A stretch of 54,501 nucleotides of DNA, filler included, from Catajapyx aquilonaris (lineage: Eukaryota): NCBI GenBank assembly GCA_000934665.2. It is 3 parts of 3 records of this genome, joined end to end, with 100 filler letters (N's around TTAATTAATTAA, not from the genome) between each part and the next. Parts side by side here need not be neighbours in the genome. Positions count along the whole stretch, not along the records: positions 1 to 18,092 come from JYFJ02006779.1; positions 18,193 to 36,306 come from KZ539592.1; 1 more part is not named here. One strand, given 5' to 3'. Positions 11,892 to 24,808 of this stretch are shown piece by piece. Numbering within the stretch: position 1 is the stretch's first letter; every line of letters begins with the position of its first letter. Both the position numbers and the translations under genes were made by a program. A model generated the notes under the pieces. It searched no databases, was not told the origin of the DNA, and saw only the letters and a list, made by a program, of their open reading frames with translations.

Positions 11892-12699
11892 AATTGTTCA
11901 ACCAACAGCCTAAGGCAGTGCAAACCCACCATTTATGCTGTCCCAAGGAGAAAAGCCCTATGCCCAAAGCAAAAGTTGCCTGCATGCCCTGCACCTTTCC
12001 CTCCTGGCCCAGGGGAGATGAGTGCAGCACCTGCATTTCTCCTTGGGACAGCAGATTTTATAATTGCTCGCTCTCTACCTCTTTCTCTCTCCCTAACCCC
12101 AAGAAGACATCTTGGCACTATAAAATGGGAAAGAGTTGCAATGCCATGATATATATGATACTTCTGCCTTGGAAATTATCCACACATCATGTGGAAACTC
12201 CTGTTTATTCCGAGATATTTTGCATGTGTTGGAACGAAGTTAGGATTAACTGGTTCCTGGCAAGTGCCAGCAGCCTTTGTAGAATTTCTGGAGTGGCTTT
12301 TTTTTCTCTCTATGTTAGGGGGAAAAGTCACCATTTTTTGACTACAAAGAGTGGAGAAAATTAGGCCTACAAATTTTGCCGATTACTTGTGCCTCACAAA
12401 AATCTCACATAAAAGCAGTGTTGACCTTGATTTGGACACACATTAGTGTCTTACACTTTGATGTTAATGTGACAGCACATTTTTAAATGACCCCATCTTT
12501 GAAAAACAATAAATTAGCCAAAAGGAGCTAAAGATGGTGGGTCGAGACTGCCTCATGTTATTGGCAGGCCTCTATGACAGGGTATAATCGATGATGGACG
12601 CATTGAAAGTCACAAAAGTTATATGATGAGTTGAAGTTTTAACGCAGTACTTGTTTGTCAGCTGTATAGAATTTGTACTATATGTGTAATTTTTTACAG

Positions 12700-13127
12700 G
12701 CTATGCGGGTGAAAGCCGCAGCTCATTTAGCAAGACGTCTTCATCTGGGTCCTACAGCTCGCCTTACACAAGTTCATACGTTGGATCATATTCCAACAGT
12801 GTGACTGGTGAGAGGGGTGGAGGAGGGGGAAGTGGAAACAGTGACCCCCCTTATTCTCCAAACCCCAGCAAGTTCCCACCAATAGGTGTATTTAATGAGT
12901 CCGCTCTGAGTGGAGGAGGGGACCATTCCTCCTCACATCACTCTTCATCCACACATCACCATCACCACCACCACCATTCACAGCATCACTCCTACTCAGA
13001 TAGTAACACCAGCAATGGAAACAACACAAATTCCTCGCATTACTCCAATTCAAACAACTATGGTGGGGATTCCTCTTCGCCCAGCAACCAGGGCATCAGA
13101 GAAACTGGAATCATCGAAAAGCTGCTG
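12700..13127 (+). CDS. CSDE1: Unr/CSDE1 coding exon 2 (Ser/Gly/His/Asn-rich region, ending QGIRETGIIEKLL)
   Basis: Acceptor tttttacag at 12699, open frame continuous with exon 1 (phase 1), donor gtcagt at 13128 (phase 0). RETGIIEKLL is the start of Unr cold-shock domain 1. Confidence 0.9.
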
Positions 13128-13814
13128 GTCAGTAACAAGCTTATTCCTGTCGTGCGTTATAAATGTGGTTAATTACTAATGCCCTGGATATGCGGAAGTG
13201 ATGTAGGAATGCCAGATGTTACAGATTCATGTTAGTGTTAGGTTGTGTTCCAACAAAGAGTAAGGTGCCTGTCTTTTATGTAGACTGTCTTAAGGTATAT
13301 TCCTATGTCTAGTTGTTGGCCAGTTTCTTTTGGTTTTGTATGTTCAGCAAGGTAGAGACAAATGGACATGTGTTTCTCTCTTATCAAGATAAAACTTGCA
13401 GACTTTTTCAGCTGACATTACAACAGACATTGAAGAAATGCAGTCGACATTGACTCAGTGTCTCAAACCTGAATTTTTCTGTTTTAATTTTCATCTGTGT
13501 AGAGTAAGCTTAAGATGCAGAGCTAAATCTGGCATTCTGTATGGTGCCATACGGGACAATCTTGGATTGTGCTGTTCATTTGTTAGGATTTTAAGATGGT
13601 TTGCATTGTGATTTTAAAAGGTATTACATTGTTCCAGTGTGACCCACCCTTAGAAAAATGGCATGACATTTTTAACCCTCAGACGGCGACGTGGGCACTT
13701 TTTGTGCCCAACGCCACTATTTTCGCTATAACATTGAAAATCTACCACATATGAGCTTCATCTTTTAGGACATCTTAGTTTCATTCCATTTGTAATTAAT
13801 GGTATTTAGTTTAA

Positions 13815-14394
13815 CCCTAATTAGACGGGCAGTTTTTTCGCGTTTTTGCAAGCATCTGCAAAACAATCGCTTGCTTTGTCATTTGAGGGACCACACGTGA
13901 CTAATCAAGTGAGTAACATCGTGTAGTGTCTAGGCTTGATCTTGAGGCCATTTATGGGACCGTCTTGCTATACCACGAAGATTTAAATTCTTAAAAGTCT
14001 CAACAGATGCCACAGGGGTGCGTTTCGCGCCTACGTATTTTTTTCGCCAATTTTTTGTCACTCCTGCGCTGACAAGAAGTATATGTGTATGTCGCCCTGG
14101 CGCTGCTGAACAGACCAGTATGCCTGAATAATATGTCATAGGACAGGCATCCCAGTTACAAACATACACCCCCCCACCCGAGTGGAAACCTGCCTCGCTC
14201 CACAGCTGTTCAAGCCCCTCCATCTTGGAGAAGGCCGGGTAGGAGTTGCGCAGTGGGCAGCCAGCCGCTAATTGGCATTTACAAACATTATTTATTTATT
14301 TTAAAACTATTGAATCATTTTTTGGTCTGATTTTAGGGTGGAATCTCTTGAGGAGGTTTGGGGGCAACTCTGTATGCCAAAATTTGCTGGCCAA
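13815..14394 (+). mobile_element. Non-autonomous repeat starting TTAA|CCC (piggyBac-like end)
   Basis: ttaa at 13811-13814 followed by ccctaattag, second copy at 7700. Right end not resolved. Confidence 0.55.
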
Positions 14395-15255
14395 CATAAT
14401 TTTTTCGGAGTGGGGAGTTTTTTTTCATCGGCAGCAAAAAGATGATGTAATTCAAGTTAATCTGGTTAATCTGGTTTATTTATGCAAGATTTTGTAGTCC
14501 AAAATTAGCGATTTTTTACGTGAGAGAAAATTTAAAGTGTCATACAGAAACCACATTACACAGTGGGAAAACGCTATAATCTCGCCAGCAGAATGTTTTA
14601 AAGTTGCCGTACCATATGTGGTATGCCCGTCCTATAAGGGTGTAATTTTTAGAGTAAATCGCACGATCAGGAAAAAAATAATTACGTACTGATGCATAGT
14701 TGAGGTCAAGACTGCATTCCATCAATTCCTGCTTTACAGAGGGCTGACCTGAGCTTATCAGTATTGATAAGCTCAGTGATTCATGAAGCCAGCTCTGGTT
14801 TCGGACTTTTCAAAGGAAACCGGTTTGGCCTAGGTGACATGCGCATTATGGCCCCAAATATGCATCAGTGCATAATTGGTTTTTTAAACGATCGTACTAC
14901 ATTCAGGCCGAACGTTTTGCATTTCCCACTGGTGGTTATCACGTGTTTCTCTTGAGCCCTTCATTTGACAAAAAGTGGACCTTAATTGTTCTTCCCCCAA
15001 GGTCTTCATATGATCTCATAGGGATGTGTCTGAGGAATAGAGTCATAGGGACACCCAACCGAGGTGTGCTATGCTTCTCAGAAAATGTAGGCTTGGATGC
15101 GAGGATGGGAATTAAGTAATCCCATGGATAGTTTTCATTATGTATGTGGAACTCACTTAACCATGGTTAAACCCTTGACCCACTCTTGATCCCCAAAGTT
15201 AGTCAGCTCCACAATTTTCACAGCCATTATGTATACCGACCTAAGTTGCACTTAA

Positions 15256-15745
15256 AGGGACATGCCACTCAAAAAACCAAGTTGGGCTCTAAAAATCGGG
15301 CAAAAAATCATGATTCCAAAGGTGCAATCGGTTTTTTCCTGCGTGGAACGGAAAAGCCAGGATGAGGCGTTAAATTCTTAGAATTTGCATCGTCTGCTAG
15401 TGAGGTGCACTTCGCCCCTAGTGCACCACCACCTGGGTACTAGGCGAAATTGGTTTAGGGGTGTAAGTCGGTTCAGGGGGTGGCCAGATGAAGTTGTGGC
15501 ACGGACCAAAGATGGTGAGGACCGGCGTGCACCATGGCGTAGACCACAGATGGCGTAGCTTCAAGCCAATTTCTGCCCAGTCTCGGTGGAGGCGCTGCTG
15601 TTTTGTGGCAGATACGAATTACTGAACTTTGATGGCTCGCCCTGGCCTTACCGTTCGTCTCTCAGAAACACTGCATATACCCTCGGAATCAGGATTTTTC
15701 ACCCGATTTTTAGAGCCCAACTTGCATTTGGAGTGGAGTGTCCCT
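15256..15745. mobile_element. Kolobok-like MITE
   Basis: TTAA TSD, AGGG...CCCT ends, imperfect TIR including aagttgggctctaaaaatcggg. Confidence 0.8.
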
Positions 15746-15851
15746 TTAACCCTTCAGGGACATTCCACTGCTAATCAGTATCAGTAACCTTTGTTGTTGT
15801 TTTGTTGTGATATTCTTTAGCAATGGCATTATATTGACTTATTTTCCACAG

Positions 15852-16031
15852 CATTCATATGGCTTCATCCAGTGCTGTGAGCGACAGGCACGACTCTTCT
15901 TCCACTTTAGCCAGTTTGATGGCAACATCGAGCACCTAAAGATTGGGGACCCAGTTGAGTTTGAGATGACTTACGACCGCAGGACAGGGAAGCCCATTGC
16001 CTCAGCTGTAACCAAGATAGGTCCTGAAGTG
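15852..16031 (+). CDS. CSDE1: Unr/CSDE1 coding exon 3, cold-shock domain 1 (HSYGFIQCCERQARLFFHFSQF...EFEMTYDRRTGKPIA)
   Basis: Acceptor ttttccacag at 15851, donor gtgagt at 16032, 60 codons. Contains the RNP1-like YGFI and RNP2-like LFFHFS motifs of Unr CSD1. The gene is cut off by the contig end. Confidence 0.95.
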
Positions 16032-16500
16032 GTGAGTTGCCTATCTGTGACATGTTACACGCATAATATAAGTTCTTCGGTGAAACTTGAAGGCTGATTG
16101 TGGAGAAGAGATGGTTAGACAAGTGGGGATTTGAAATGCTTGCATTATTGACAACTATGAGGAAAGTTGGCATTTGTTGTTCAGGGTGTATTTTAAATGG
16201 GGAGAAACCTGAATTACCAGCTAAAGGATGCATGCTTTGGCTGTAAAGTACCTATTGCTACCTTAACCCTTAGTAGTGTCAATCTGAGCAACGTAACTAG
16301 TATAGAGGGGTCTTTTGTCACCCCAGGCGATGATTGATTATCATTAATTTCCTATTCATATTATTTAATTTGAATGCCATGTAAAAGAAGCTCACATAAA
16401 TCTTAATGCCATGGTTTCCAACCGGGGTGTCGTGAGCCTTGGGTCAACTTTTGATTGTTTTTGCAATATATGCGCAATAATGAATAATTTATGGGGGCAC

Positions 16501-16793
16501 GGGAGAGGCACGGTGGCCGAGATGGTAAAGTCTTGGCTTCCTATGCAAAAGGTCCCGGGTTCAAATCCCCACCCGGGAACAAACCTTTCGCTTGCGTCAA
16601 TGGGTCGTGACCCGGTCCTAAGGAGGCGTCTTGGCAACCTGACCTTCTGGGGGACTGCACCTGGCCCACCGCTGGACAATGCACCTGCACATGTGTCCCC
16701 TCCCCAACCCTAACCCTATTTCATAGTAATCCTTGCACCGGTGGTCGAAGTAAAAACAATTAAAACTGTATGGTGGTCTGCCACCCCCCTATA
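16501..16793 (+). mobile_element. tRNA-derived SINE family C (3' tail not seen)
   Basis: A box tggccgagatgg, B box ggttcaaatcc. Closely similar to the reverse copy at 53806-54164. Confidence 0.88.
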
Positions 16794-17721
16794 ACAACCA
16801 AGTAGTTGGGTGGTTCCATTTCAAATCAGGCGGAGGCTGTCAGGGCTTGGTCTCCGATTATTACGGAAAAATTACACGAAGTACCACTGTCGAAATGATG
16901 ACGAATGACACTGGCTATTTTTCAGTGACATTTTTTGTTCGCCCTGAAAAAATTCATAACCGCAGGGGTACCAAATCTGCTATTTCTCGAAGTTCATTTT
17001 TCCTCAACTTTGGACGCGTGTACCAATTTTCCTATACGTTACAGGAAACCCAAATTTGTAATGGAGCAACTGCCTACCTAGGTCTGAATTTTCGATATAA
17101 GATAATTGCGAATGTATAATTAGCAACCGCGGAAAAAATTGGCAAAAAGGCTGTTGTACGACATTTTAGCAGTTTTCGCGAATTTATTTCTTTGCAAAAA
17201 AAATATTTGTGGCCAAATGAAACATGTAGACTTTGAGTACAACTCATACCCTCTCTACTTATCAGCTTTGTTAAGCTTTGAAGTCAAAGGTTAACAGTGG
17301 AGCCATTGTTGAACATTGTTAACTTCGCAAAACATGGTTTGGAAGAAAATAATTTTCTCAAAAACACCACCGAATAATTGAACGCCTATTTATTTCTGGG
17401 CAGAGGAACATCTGAGCCACACACCAGTGCAAAAATTTCTCTCCCCCCGAGGCTTATGATCCCGATTTGAATTTTATTACTTACTCGTTTCCGGCGCTCT
17501 CCATGGAGCCCACCTACCCAGTCCCACGACTCATAGCATCATGTACGGTACATTTGATTAGAGCTTCTCTCGTATGTGTAGGCTACATGTGATTGTATGA
17601 TACCTTGAAACTTATATCTGATACTGGTTAATGCTATGTGAGGTCCGGTGAGGTCAAATCAGGCATAGAGGTATTGCAAAGTCTTACTCACATTTTTCCA
17701 GAAGTCACACCAAATGTATCG

Positions 17722-18092
17722 TCACTGACAAGTGACAACAGCGACTCTCATCACGTTGTCACCCAAGTATGTCATGCAGGTGAACACTGTGATCTGAGTC
17801 TTCGCCCAGTGGTAGCTCTGAATTTCGTCGGGAAGTATTACAGTCCAATTTTCAGCAAAATCGAAATGTAACACTAGGTGCGAGTCACTATCTTGGCACT
17901 GCCTATTCAACTTCTGCACAGCCTCTCGCTGAATCGTTCGTACATGTTCGTGAGTTATTCCTTTCGTAGTCCAGTGGACAAGTTCATTGTCTACAACAAA
18001 AGAAGCAACTGATGATGTTCTCTTGATTACGTCATTATGCTCCCACACTGCAAATGACACTTCTTCGTCGTCATAGTCTGTCAGGAACAAGC
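17722..18092 (-). pseudogene. DNA transposase fragment, probably Sola2-type
   Basis: Motif HFDFAENW...EIQSYHW...QITVFT matches the DF(A/S)ENY...E.QS.HW...Q.T transposase motif. Truncated by the spacer. The element may extend to ~16808. Family name is from memory. Confidence 0.55.
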
Positions 18093-18192
18093 NNNNNNNN
18101 NNNNNNNNNNNNNNNNNNNNNNNNNNNNNNNNNNNNTTAATTAATTAANNNNNNNNNNNNNNNNNNNNNNNNNNNNNNNNNNNNNNNNNNNN
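18093..18192. other. Artificial scaffold spacer (44 N + TTAATTAATTAA + 44 N)
   Basis: Six-frame stop linker inside a 100-nt gap. Confidence 0.97.
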
Positions 18193-18942
18193 AATTTACC
18201 TTAGAATCAATTTACCCAAGAATATTTACCCTACAATGTAAGGTAAAAAATGGCCACTTTCTTACCCTCTCTAGAGAAGGTAAATGGTTAAGAGTGTACT
18301 ATGACATCAACCATTCAAGAGGACCTGTAGCCTATTACAAAATTCGTACATTGGCATTACTATCTCGGAAAGTCGCCAGAGAGTCGCATCTAGATATAAT
18401 TTAATGCCTAGGCGACCTCCCAACGATAATTTTTTTCCTCTTGATTCCAGTGCACCAATACAGTATACATGTCCTTTCCTTGTAGCTGTCCAGTAATATT
18501 ACTGTACAAGCTGTAGCGGTTATGTTAACCTTTCCAGAAAATGGCCTCTTTGAATTTTATCAGAGCTACCTCTGGCATTGCGTGCTGGTGTTGGACATGT
18601 TTCATTATACAGTATTTTGGCCGTCCCTAGTCCTTTCACCTTGGGGGTCGAGATAATTGCTAGACATGGGGCGGAATATGTATGGACAAAGTGTGGTTTG
18701 CCTTGCAATTATAGCTGGATATGAACTCAAGTGTGGCCCTTTCACAAACGTACAGTTGCGTTTTCCTAATACGTCATTCATGTTATTGGATTTTTTTTTT
18801 GATAATAATGTTTTGCCACCTTTTTATGGATAGAATGGCATGACTCTAGTTGGCATAGGGTGTGTCACCATTTATGTCTAGCCTATGTATATGTTCTTCA
18901 ATAACAGTCGATGACTTACACTATGTCAATAACCGGTTGCAT

Positions 18943-19158
18943 CATGTCCGTTAAACTGGCCCAACATCTTTCGAATTTCGAAATTTCAACGATGGCAATC
19001 GTTTGTGCTACGTTTGTGCTGATTTGTGCTCGAATATGGGCGTTTGTGCTGATTTAGTTTCAGAGTTATCGCGATTTCAATTTGGTTGGGCCAGTTTAAC
19101 GGTAGCCCAACCACTTTTGAATTTCGAAATTTCAACGGTGCCAAGTTTAACGGACATG
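18943..19158. mobile_element. P-superfamily-like MITE (CATG ends, 7-bp TSD)
   Basis: TIR catgtccgttaaact, TSD gttgcat at 18936-18942 and 19159-19165. Confidence 0.8.
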
Positions 19159-19770
19159 GTTGCATCAACTAAGCAGTTTCGTATATAACTGCTATAATTA
19201 TTTTAATTCGTGACAAACATATAGTGGAGCATAATGTGTCGTTTGATTTTTGCAGCCGGTGCAGTGGAATGTTAAAAAGCGGGATCAGATATTCGCAGGC
19301 AATTTTCCCACGTCGTACCTAGAGGCACGTAGTCAATTTAGCTCGAATACGCGTATAACCCAAAATGTTCCTTCAAACGGCCGCGGCACAACGGCGAATA
19401 AAAACGGAACGAGATTCCCGCCACATTTTCAAAAGCCACGTACAACATTGGGAGATGTGACTACCCGAACTTCCATTCCCAATATTTTACGTCAGGAAAC
19501 ATGGCCTAACTATTCCAAAATTGTACAAAAAAACGGCATGTAGGCTACCAAAAACCGATATGCTTCATGTAATCTAACCATGTCGGAAAAACAGTTACAA
19601 TCCACTCTGAATTTTTGTTTGTTTCATGTTTTTAAATTATAGTGACGCCCCTCACTAGAGGGCAGTGGCGTCTGGATGTGAACCTGGGCTATTTTGTGGA
19701 GGGAGTCGTGAGACGGCCTAGCTTCGGGCCGGTCTAATGGGTTGCTCCGAACCTGTTGTATTATAACTAT

Positions 19771-20019
19771 ATACCGAAGCAGTGGTGGCGGAGGGGATAT
19801 GGTATCCGACTGCTAATCGGGAGGTCCTGGGTTCGAATCCCGGTGCCGGCAACTCTAACCGTGGTTTTCTGTGGTTTCCCACGGTTCCTCCAGGAGAATT
19901 CCGGAGTTGTTTCCTAAACTAATAGGCCACACCCGCCTCCTTCCTTTCCTAACCTATCCCAAAAAGCGCAGTAAAAACGAAAACGAAGAGTTCCAGTCAA
20001 AAAACGGGGTGTGAATTAT
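19771..20019 (+). mobile_element. tRNA-derived SINE family A
   Basis: Pol III A-box-like head and B box ggttcgaatcc, body gtggttttctgtggtttccc, att-rich tail, TSD tattataactat at 19759-19770 and 20020-20031. Confidence 0.9.
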
Positions 20020-20100
20020 TATTATAACTATTATTGGACCACGACCACGACCCTGAGTGACCTTTCTGGGTCAGGAGGGATGACCTGAGGAGGCCAGCAG

Positions 20101-20238
20101 CAAGGGGGTAACCACTCGACTGAAAAGTGTACACTGGAGAACCAAATGCAAGGAGTACCAAGGAGTACTAAAGAGTAAGGTACCGAAGGAGTACCACTCG
20201 GATGTGTACACCGGAGTACCGAAGTGGTTACCCCCTTG
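20101..20238. mobile_element. P- or hAT-like MITE (CA...TG ends, 8-bp TSD)
   Basis: TIR caagggggtaaccact, flanks gccagcag / gtcagcag, internal ggagtacc repeats. Confidence 0.8.
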
Positions 20239-21047
20239 GTCAGCAGTCACAATATTTTTCATTTTATTCAAAAATTAAAAACTATCTCATTAACTAAAAA
20301 TTTAACATTTGTACATCTGGGTTAATGTTCTGGATATAACACTTGGAAAGTACGTAGGTAACACTTGTGAGTCACGTACCGCATCAGCAGAGTATCCCAT
20401 CGGATCGATACATCGGGAGCTAATTGATACTACATTGACAACAACGAGAATTTGGCAATAATCGGTGTCATGTCGCATTACATATTGATGTATGTACACC
20501 GTGTCGTTCGTTATGAGCGGCTATTGAATGCTCCCCCTCACTTGTTGTGGAAATTCCCCCGATGGATGATTGAACCGTAGTGATTTGCATCAGAATCCGG
20601 GCCCAAGTAACGCGTAAGAGCGGGATATGCCGCAATGCGCCGAAAAATCGAAATGTAAATGGAACCCAAGCAAGACGCGAGATATACATAAAAAAAGAGG
20701 GTGGTAGAAGGGGAGGGTTGCACACGTTCGACATCATTCCTTGCTTAACAATAGACGTCCAAATTTCCATACATTTGATCGCAGATATGCCCTGATAGAT
20801 CGCCTTCTTTTCAGGCAGTCGACATCTGCTGGGTTGTGCAGGGTCGCTTGCAACAATATTTCAATTTTCTGGACTATTAATTCCAAGATTTAGCTTGGAT
20901 AAATATTTGTGAGAGGGTATTAGTCCGGTCTCAGGAAGGCCTCAGAGTCTGACTTCTTTTGTTCGGTTCGGTGGACAGGGGTATAGTTGGTTCAAGTTCA
21001 GAAGTCAGCTTCTAGTCACCTTATCTGAAGCCACCTCCTACCGAAAA

Positions 21048-21369
21048 TCTATATAAATAAAGCCGTTTGTGAGTCTGCCTGTCTCTCTGTCTGTCTGTCT
21101 GTCCGCCTGCCAACCGTCATTTGCCTGCCATCTGTGCTCCACCCCCAGGCCGGGAGAGGATGGAGGTGTTGGGGGTAGACTACAGATGGCAGGCAAATGA
21201 CGGTTGCCGTTATACAGGCTGGAGAGATTGAAGGTGTTGGAGTAGCAGGACCACAGAGGACATTGGTGGGCGGACAGACAGAAAGACTGACAGTTAACGG
21301 CGCTACTGGCAGGTGTTTTCCCTTCATTCATTTCTTCCCGGGAAACGCCGCGCCGGGTGCCAGAGCTAT
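21048..21369 (+). mobile_element. Non-autonomous Helitron
   Basis: 5' a|TCTATATAAATAAA, (ctgt)n tract, 3' GC hairpin ccgggaaacgccg...ccgggt followed by a degenerate CTAG (gctat). Confidence 0.65.
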
Positions 21370-21424
21370 GCAAAAATAATGCCAAAAAACAAAAATGCCC
21401 AAACAATTGTGGGGGTATGACACA

Positions 21425-21778
21425 GGGGCCGTCCAGACGGGCCAACCTTAGCCGCGGCCAGCCGCGGCTGGTCGAGGCCGCGACGGTTCACACGGCAACG
21501 GCCACGGCCAGGCCACGGCTCAGAAGTTGGCCAAGTTGGCCGACTTCCTGGAAGTTGGCTCGCTGCTTGGCCACGGCTTGGCCTCGGCGACGGATACTGC
21601 GCGTCACTTGTTTTTCGTCGCTACCATGACTACCGGCCACTATTACAAATGCGGGTGGCTGTTATTAAAATATGTGCCCGTCTGAACGGGTACCGTGGCC
21701 AGCCGTGGCTCCTCAAGCCGGGGCCGACGCCAGGGCCGCGACCAGCCGCGGCTAAGGTTGGCCCGTCTGGACGGCCCC
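21425..21778. mobile_element. GC-rich PIF/Harbinger-like MITE
   Basis: TIR of ~34 bp ggggccgtccagacgggccaaccttagccgcggc, flanks aca / ata. Confidence 0.75.
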
Positions 21779-24181
21779 ATAATAATTAGTAGCCAGTGAG
21801 ACATTCTTACAAACTGACACCACAGTTCGAACAACATAGGGGTGACATCATATGAATATAAAAAATGTCTGTAAAATTGCCCTTTTTAAAATCAAAAAAT
21901 CAAAAACATCTTAATTATTGAGTTTGATGGCTTCACTTTTTGAGACACACAGTACAGTATGCCAACTCTAAAATTATCCAAACACCATAAAAAATAAATT
22001 TCCAAGAGCTGGGTTAATGCGACAGCAAGTCAATAATCAGTATGACTGATTAATTTCCCAGCAAGATCCATGCAGGATGCACAAATTCCGAGAAGGCTCC
22101 TTTTTTTTCTATGGTGCAAAAATAGTGGTGTTGGATTTCCAAAAATTCTTTAAAGCTCGTCATTTCCGCTTGATAATGCTTGGAAATAAGCCTGGGTAAG
22201 GATATATAGTTATGCAAAATCCATGTTCGTGCGGCCTACTTATTTTCAGTCATGCAAAAGGAGGGACTGTTTTACTATGAGTTCTGTGAATTATATGCTC
22301 ACATAGATTAATGCAATTACAAACTCAATTGGCTATTAGAAATTGGCGCACTGAGTATCGCTGGGCGTGAGATTATCATGGGCCACACGGTATATTTGTC
22401 TTTCGTTAACTTGTTTGTTGACGTTTGAGGTGAGGGTTCGGCGTAGGGCTGGGAAGCCGGATAGGGAGAAATTAAATTGGAGAAGAAAACCGGGAGAAGG
22501 AAGGTCCTATAGCACCCAATAATTATGTAAAATCACACGTTCATACGCCACCATTTTTGTGGAAAAAAGTGCATTAATAATCATCAATTGAGTTAAAAGT
22601 GATTGCACTAACTTTTAATTTATACTGTTAAAATCGTTTGTGTACGGCTTATGATTGGCCAGCCGTACATTGTTTGCACGACGATTCCGATTGGCCGCCG
22701 TACTGCGCCGGCGCAATGGAAGAAGGCAGCGCCTCCGGTGGTTGGGAATAGAAACTTCTCGTTTCGCTTGCATATTTTTATAGTTCCAAATTGAAATAAG
22801 ATCAAACTTAAGCTTACTTAAAATCATGAAAAATTTAATCTCGATAGGGTTTCAGACTGTAAAATAATTACCTACGCATAATGCGTAGGGAAAGATATAT
22901 GCACTGAACAGGTCTTTATATCGCCCTAAATATAGTACAAGAGCTTTGTGCAGTACAGTGATTGTCGTTGAAGCATAATTATTATGACCTACAAAGTCCA
23001 ACCCCGAGTATTAGACAGCCCACATGAGACTTTTTATGGCTCATAGTTTGACAGGCTCTTATCGGCAACACCAAAACGCGGGCACAATATGGGTAAAAAA
23101 AGGAAGGGGATCCGAGTCCAATTAATCCAGAATAACTGGTCGAGGACTGGTGTCCAGGCGTGTGTTACTGCGGTTAGGAAAAACCTATATTACGAATACT
23201 ATATGCAGCTTATTCAGTCCGCTTGGTTCACAGAGTCCTCTTAGGCGACCAGAGGCTACCAGGCAACTCAAATGTGCAGAGACTTACAGTACTTCACCTG
23301 CACTACACACGGACATATTGTCATCCCGTTACTTTCGCATTGATATATGTTTGCGACTGTCCGAAACTTCTTTTGATATAGCGTATTTATAGCAAAAATG
23401 ATAACCTTTTGAATCATCGCGTGATTTTGTTTCATCAGGGCCATGGTGATTATTGCGTGGGGGAAAACATGTACGACTCACACAAACACTTCAAATATGA
23501 ATGATAACAGATGGGTATTTGAACTTTTTCAAGTATTCGGCATGCGTGTGTGTTACAATTAGCGAGCACAATTTGTCACTCTCAATATTATTGTAACTGC
23601 CATTAATTTAACGATCTGAAAATTGTTATAAATACATCGCATTTATTCATTATTTCCACGACAAGTTCTAATTGGTGGTTTTAATAGGTTTAAAACTCGC
23701 CAAAAAAAATCCAGTCAATGATAAGTCAGCATTTCCTACTCAGTGCTGTGGCAGTAGTAAAATACAGGCAACTAGAGGCTATCTAGTTGCAAAATTGACA
23801 CAGCTAATGAAGAAAAAGGGTCTCTTGAGAAATGGAAAGAGATCCTCCTAGACGTTTAAATGATGATTACATTAGAGCCGGATACATCTGGGGCCCAACT
23901 GATCGAGTAGGGATTATATTTTACAATGCTAATTTCATTTTTGCATGTTAGTGAGGGATATGCGAGACATTGCATGCAAATACGGAGATTACTTATTTAT
24001 TACCGACTTCATTACCGGGTGCACCGTCTCAGTGCAGATATCAGCTCTGTTTAAGACCCTCACCATATACCCTCCTTTAAGAAACTCGATAAGTGTCCAA
24101 AGGCGGCTCTCATCAAATCCTGTATTGACAGCGAAAAAATCCAATCAACCAAGTAGACTCTAACCGAAGACATATCCTATA

Positions 24182-24519
24182 CAGGGTGTTCCAATCAAAA
24201 GGATATTAGTTGTTAGCGGATTTTTGACATAAGATGGGTTTTTTGAAGCAGTTACTTTCAGTAGATATAAAGTGTTGACTACTAATATTTTGGACGAATT
24301 GAATCATCTTAACTGGGAATTGCAATTTTCCGATTAAAAATGGCTCATTGGAACAACTGACGTATAATTGAAGTCATATTTGCATGCCAGACTCCCCTAC
24401 AGGCGTTACAACCCTATTAGTGGCAGTTAACACTTTTGATAACCACTAAATGTAACTGCTTAACATATTAAGCAACTTGGTTCAAAAATTGCTAACAATC
24501 TTCCAATTGGAACACCCTG
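24182..24519. mobile_element. Tc1/mariner-type MITE
   Basis: TIR cagggtgttccaat, flanks TA / TG. Confidence 0.7.
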
Positions 24520-24571
24520 TGTATCTAATTATCTTTAAACAAACTCTTACGTTATTAATGCAATTCTAATT

Positions 24572-24808
24572 GAAGGCCTCGGGGAAGAATGATCAAGGTC
24601 CACCTCAGGTGAAACTGACATATTCCAATTTTAAATTTCGATAAGATTCCATTGTAAATCCCATTTTCGGGGCCTTCCATAGTGACCTATGATCATTACT
24701 CCACGACCAAACCATCATATTTTACACTAATGAAACTATCATATGAGATATTATGTAACTCATTTTTGACAAAAAGTGGACCTTGATCGTTCTTCTCCCG
24801 AGGTCTTC
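24572..24808. mobile_element. MITE of the same family as 11661-11891
   Basis: TIRs of about 30 bp, aatt at 24568-24571 and 24809-24812. Confidence 0.8.

Noticed and set aside
19773..19850. tRNA-like sequences (also at 5526, 16501, 34258, 37750, 52634)
   Set aside because: They continue into shared SINE bodies with tails and TSDs, so they are SINE heads and not tRNA genes.
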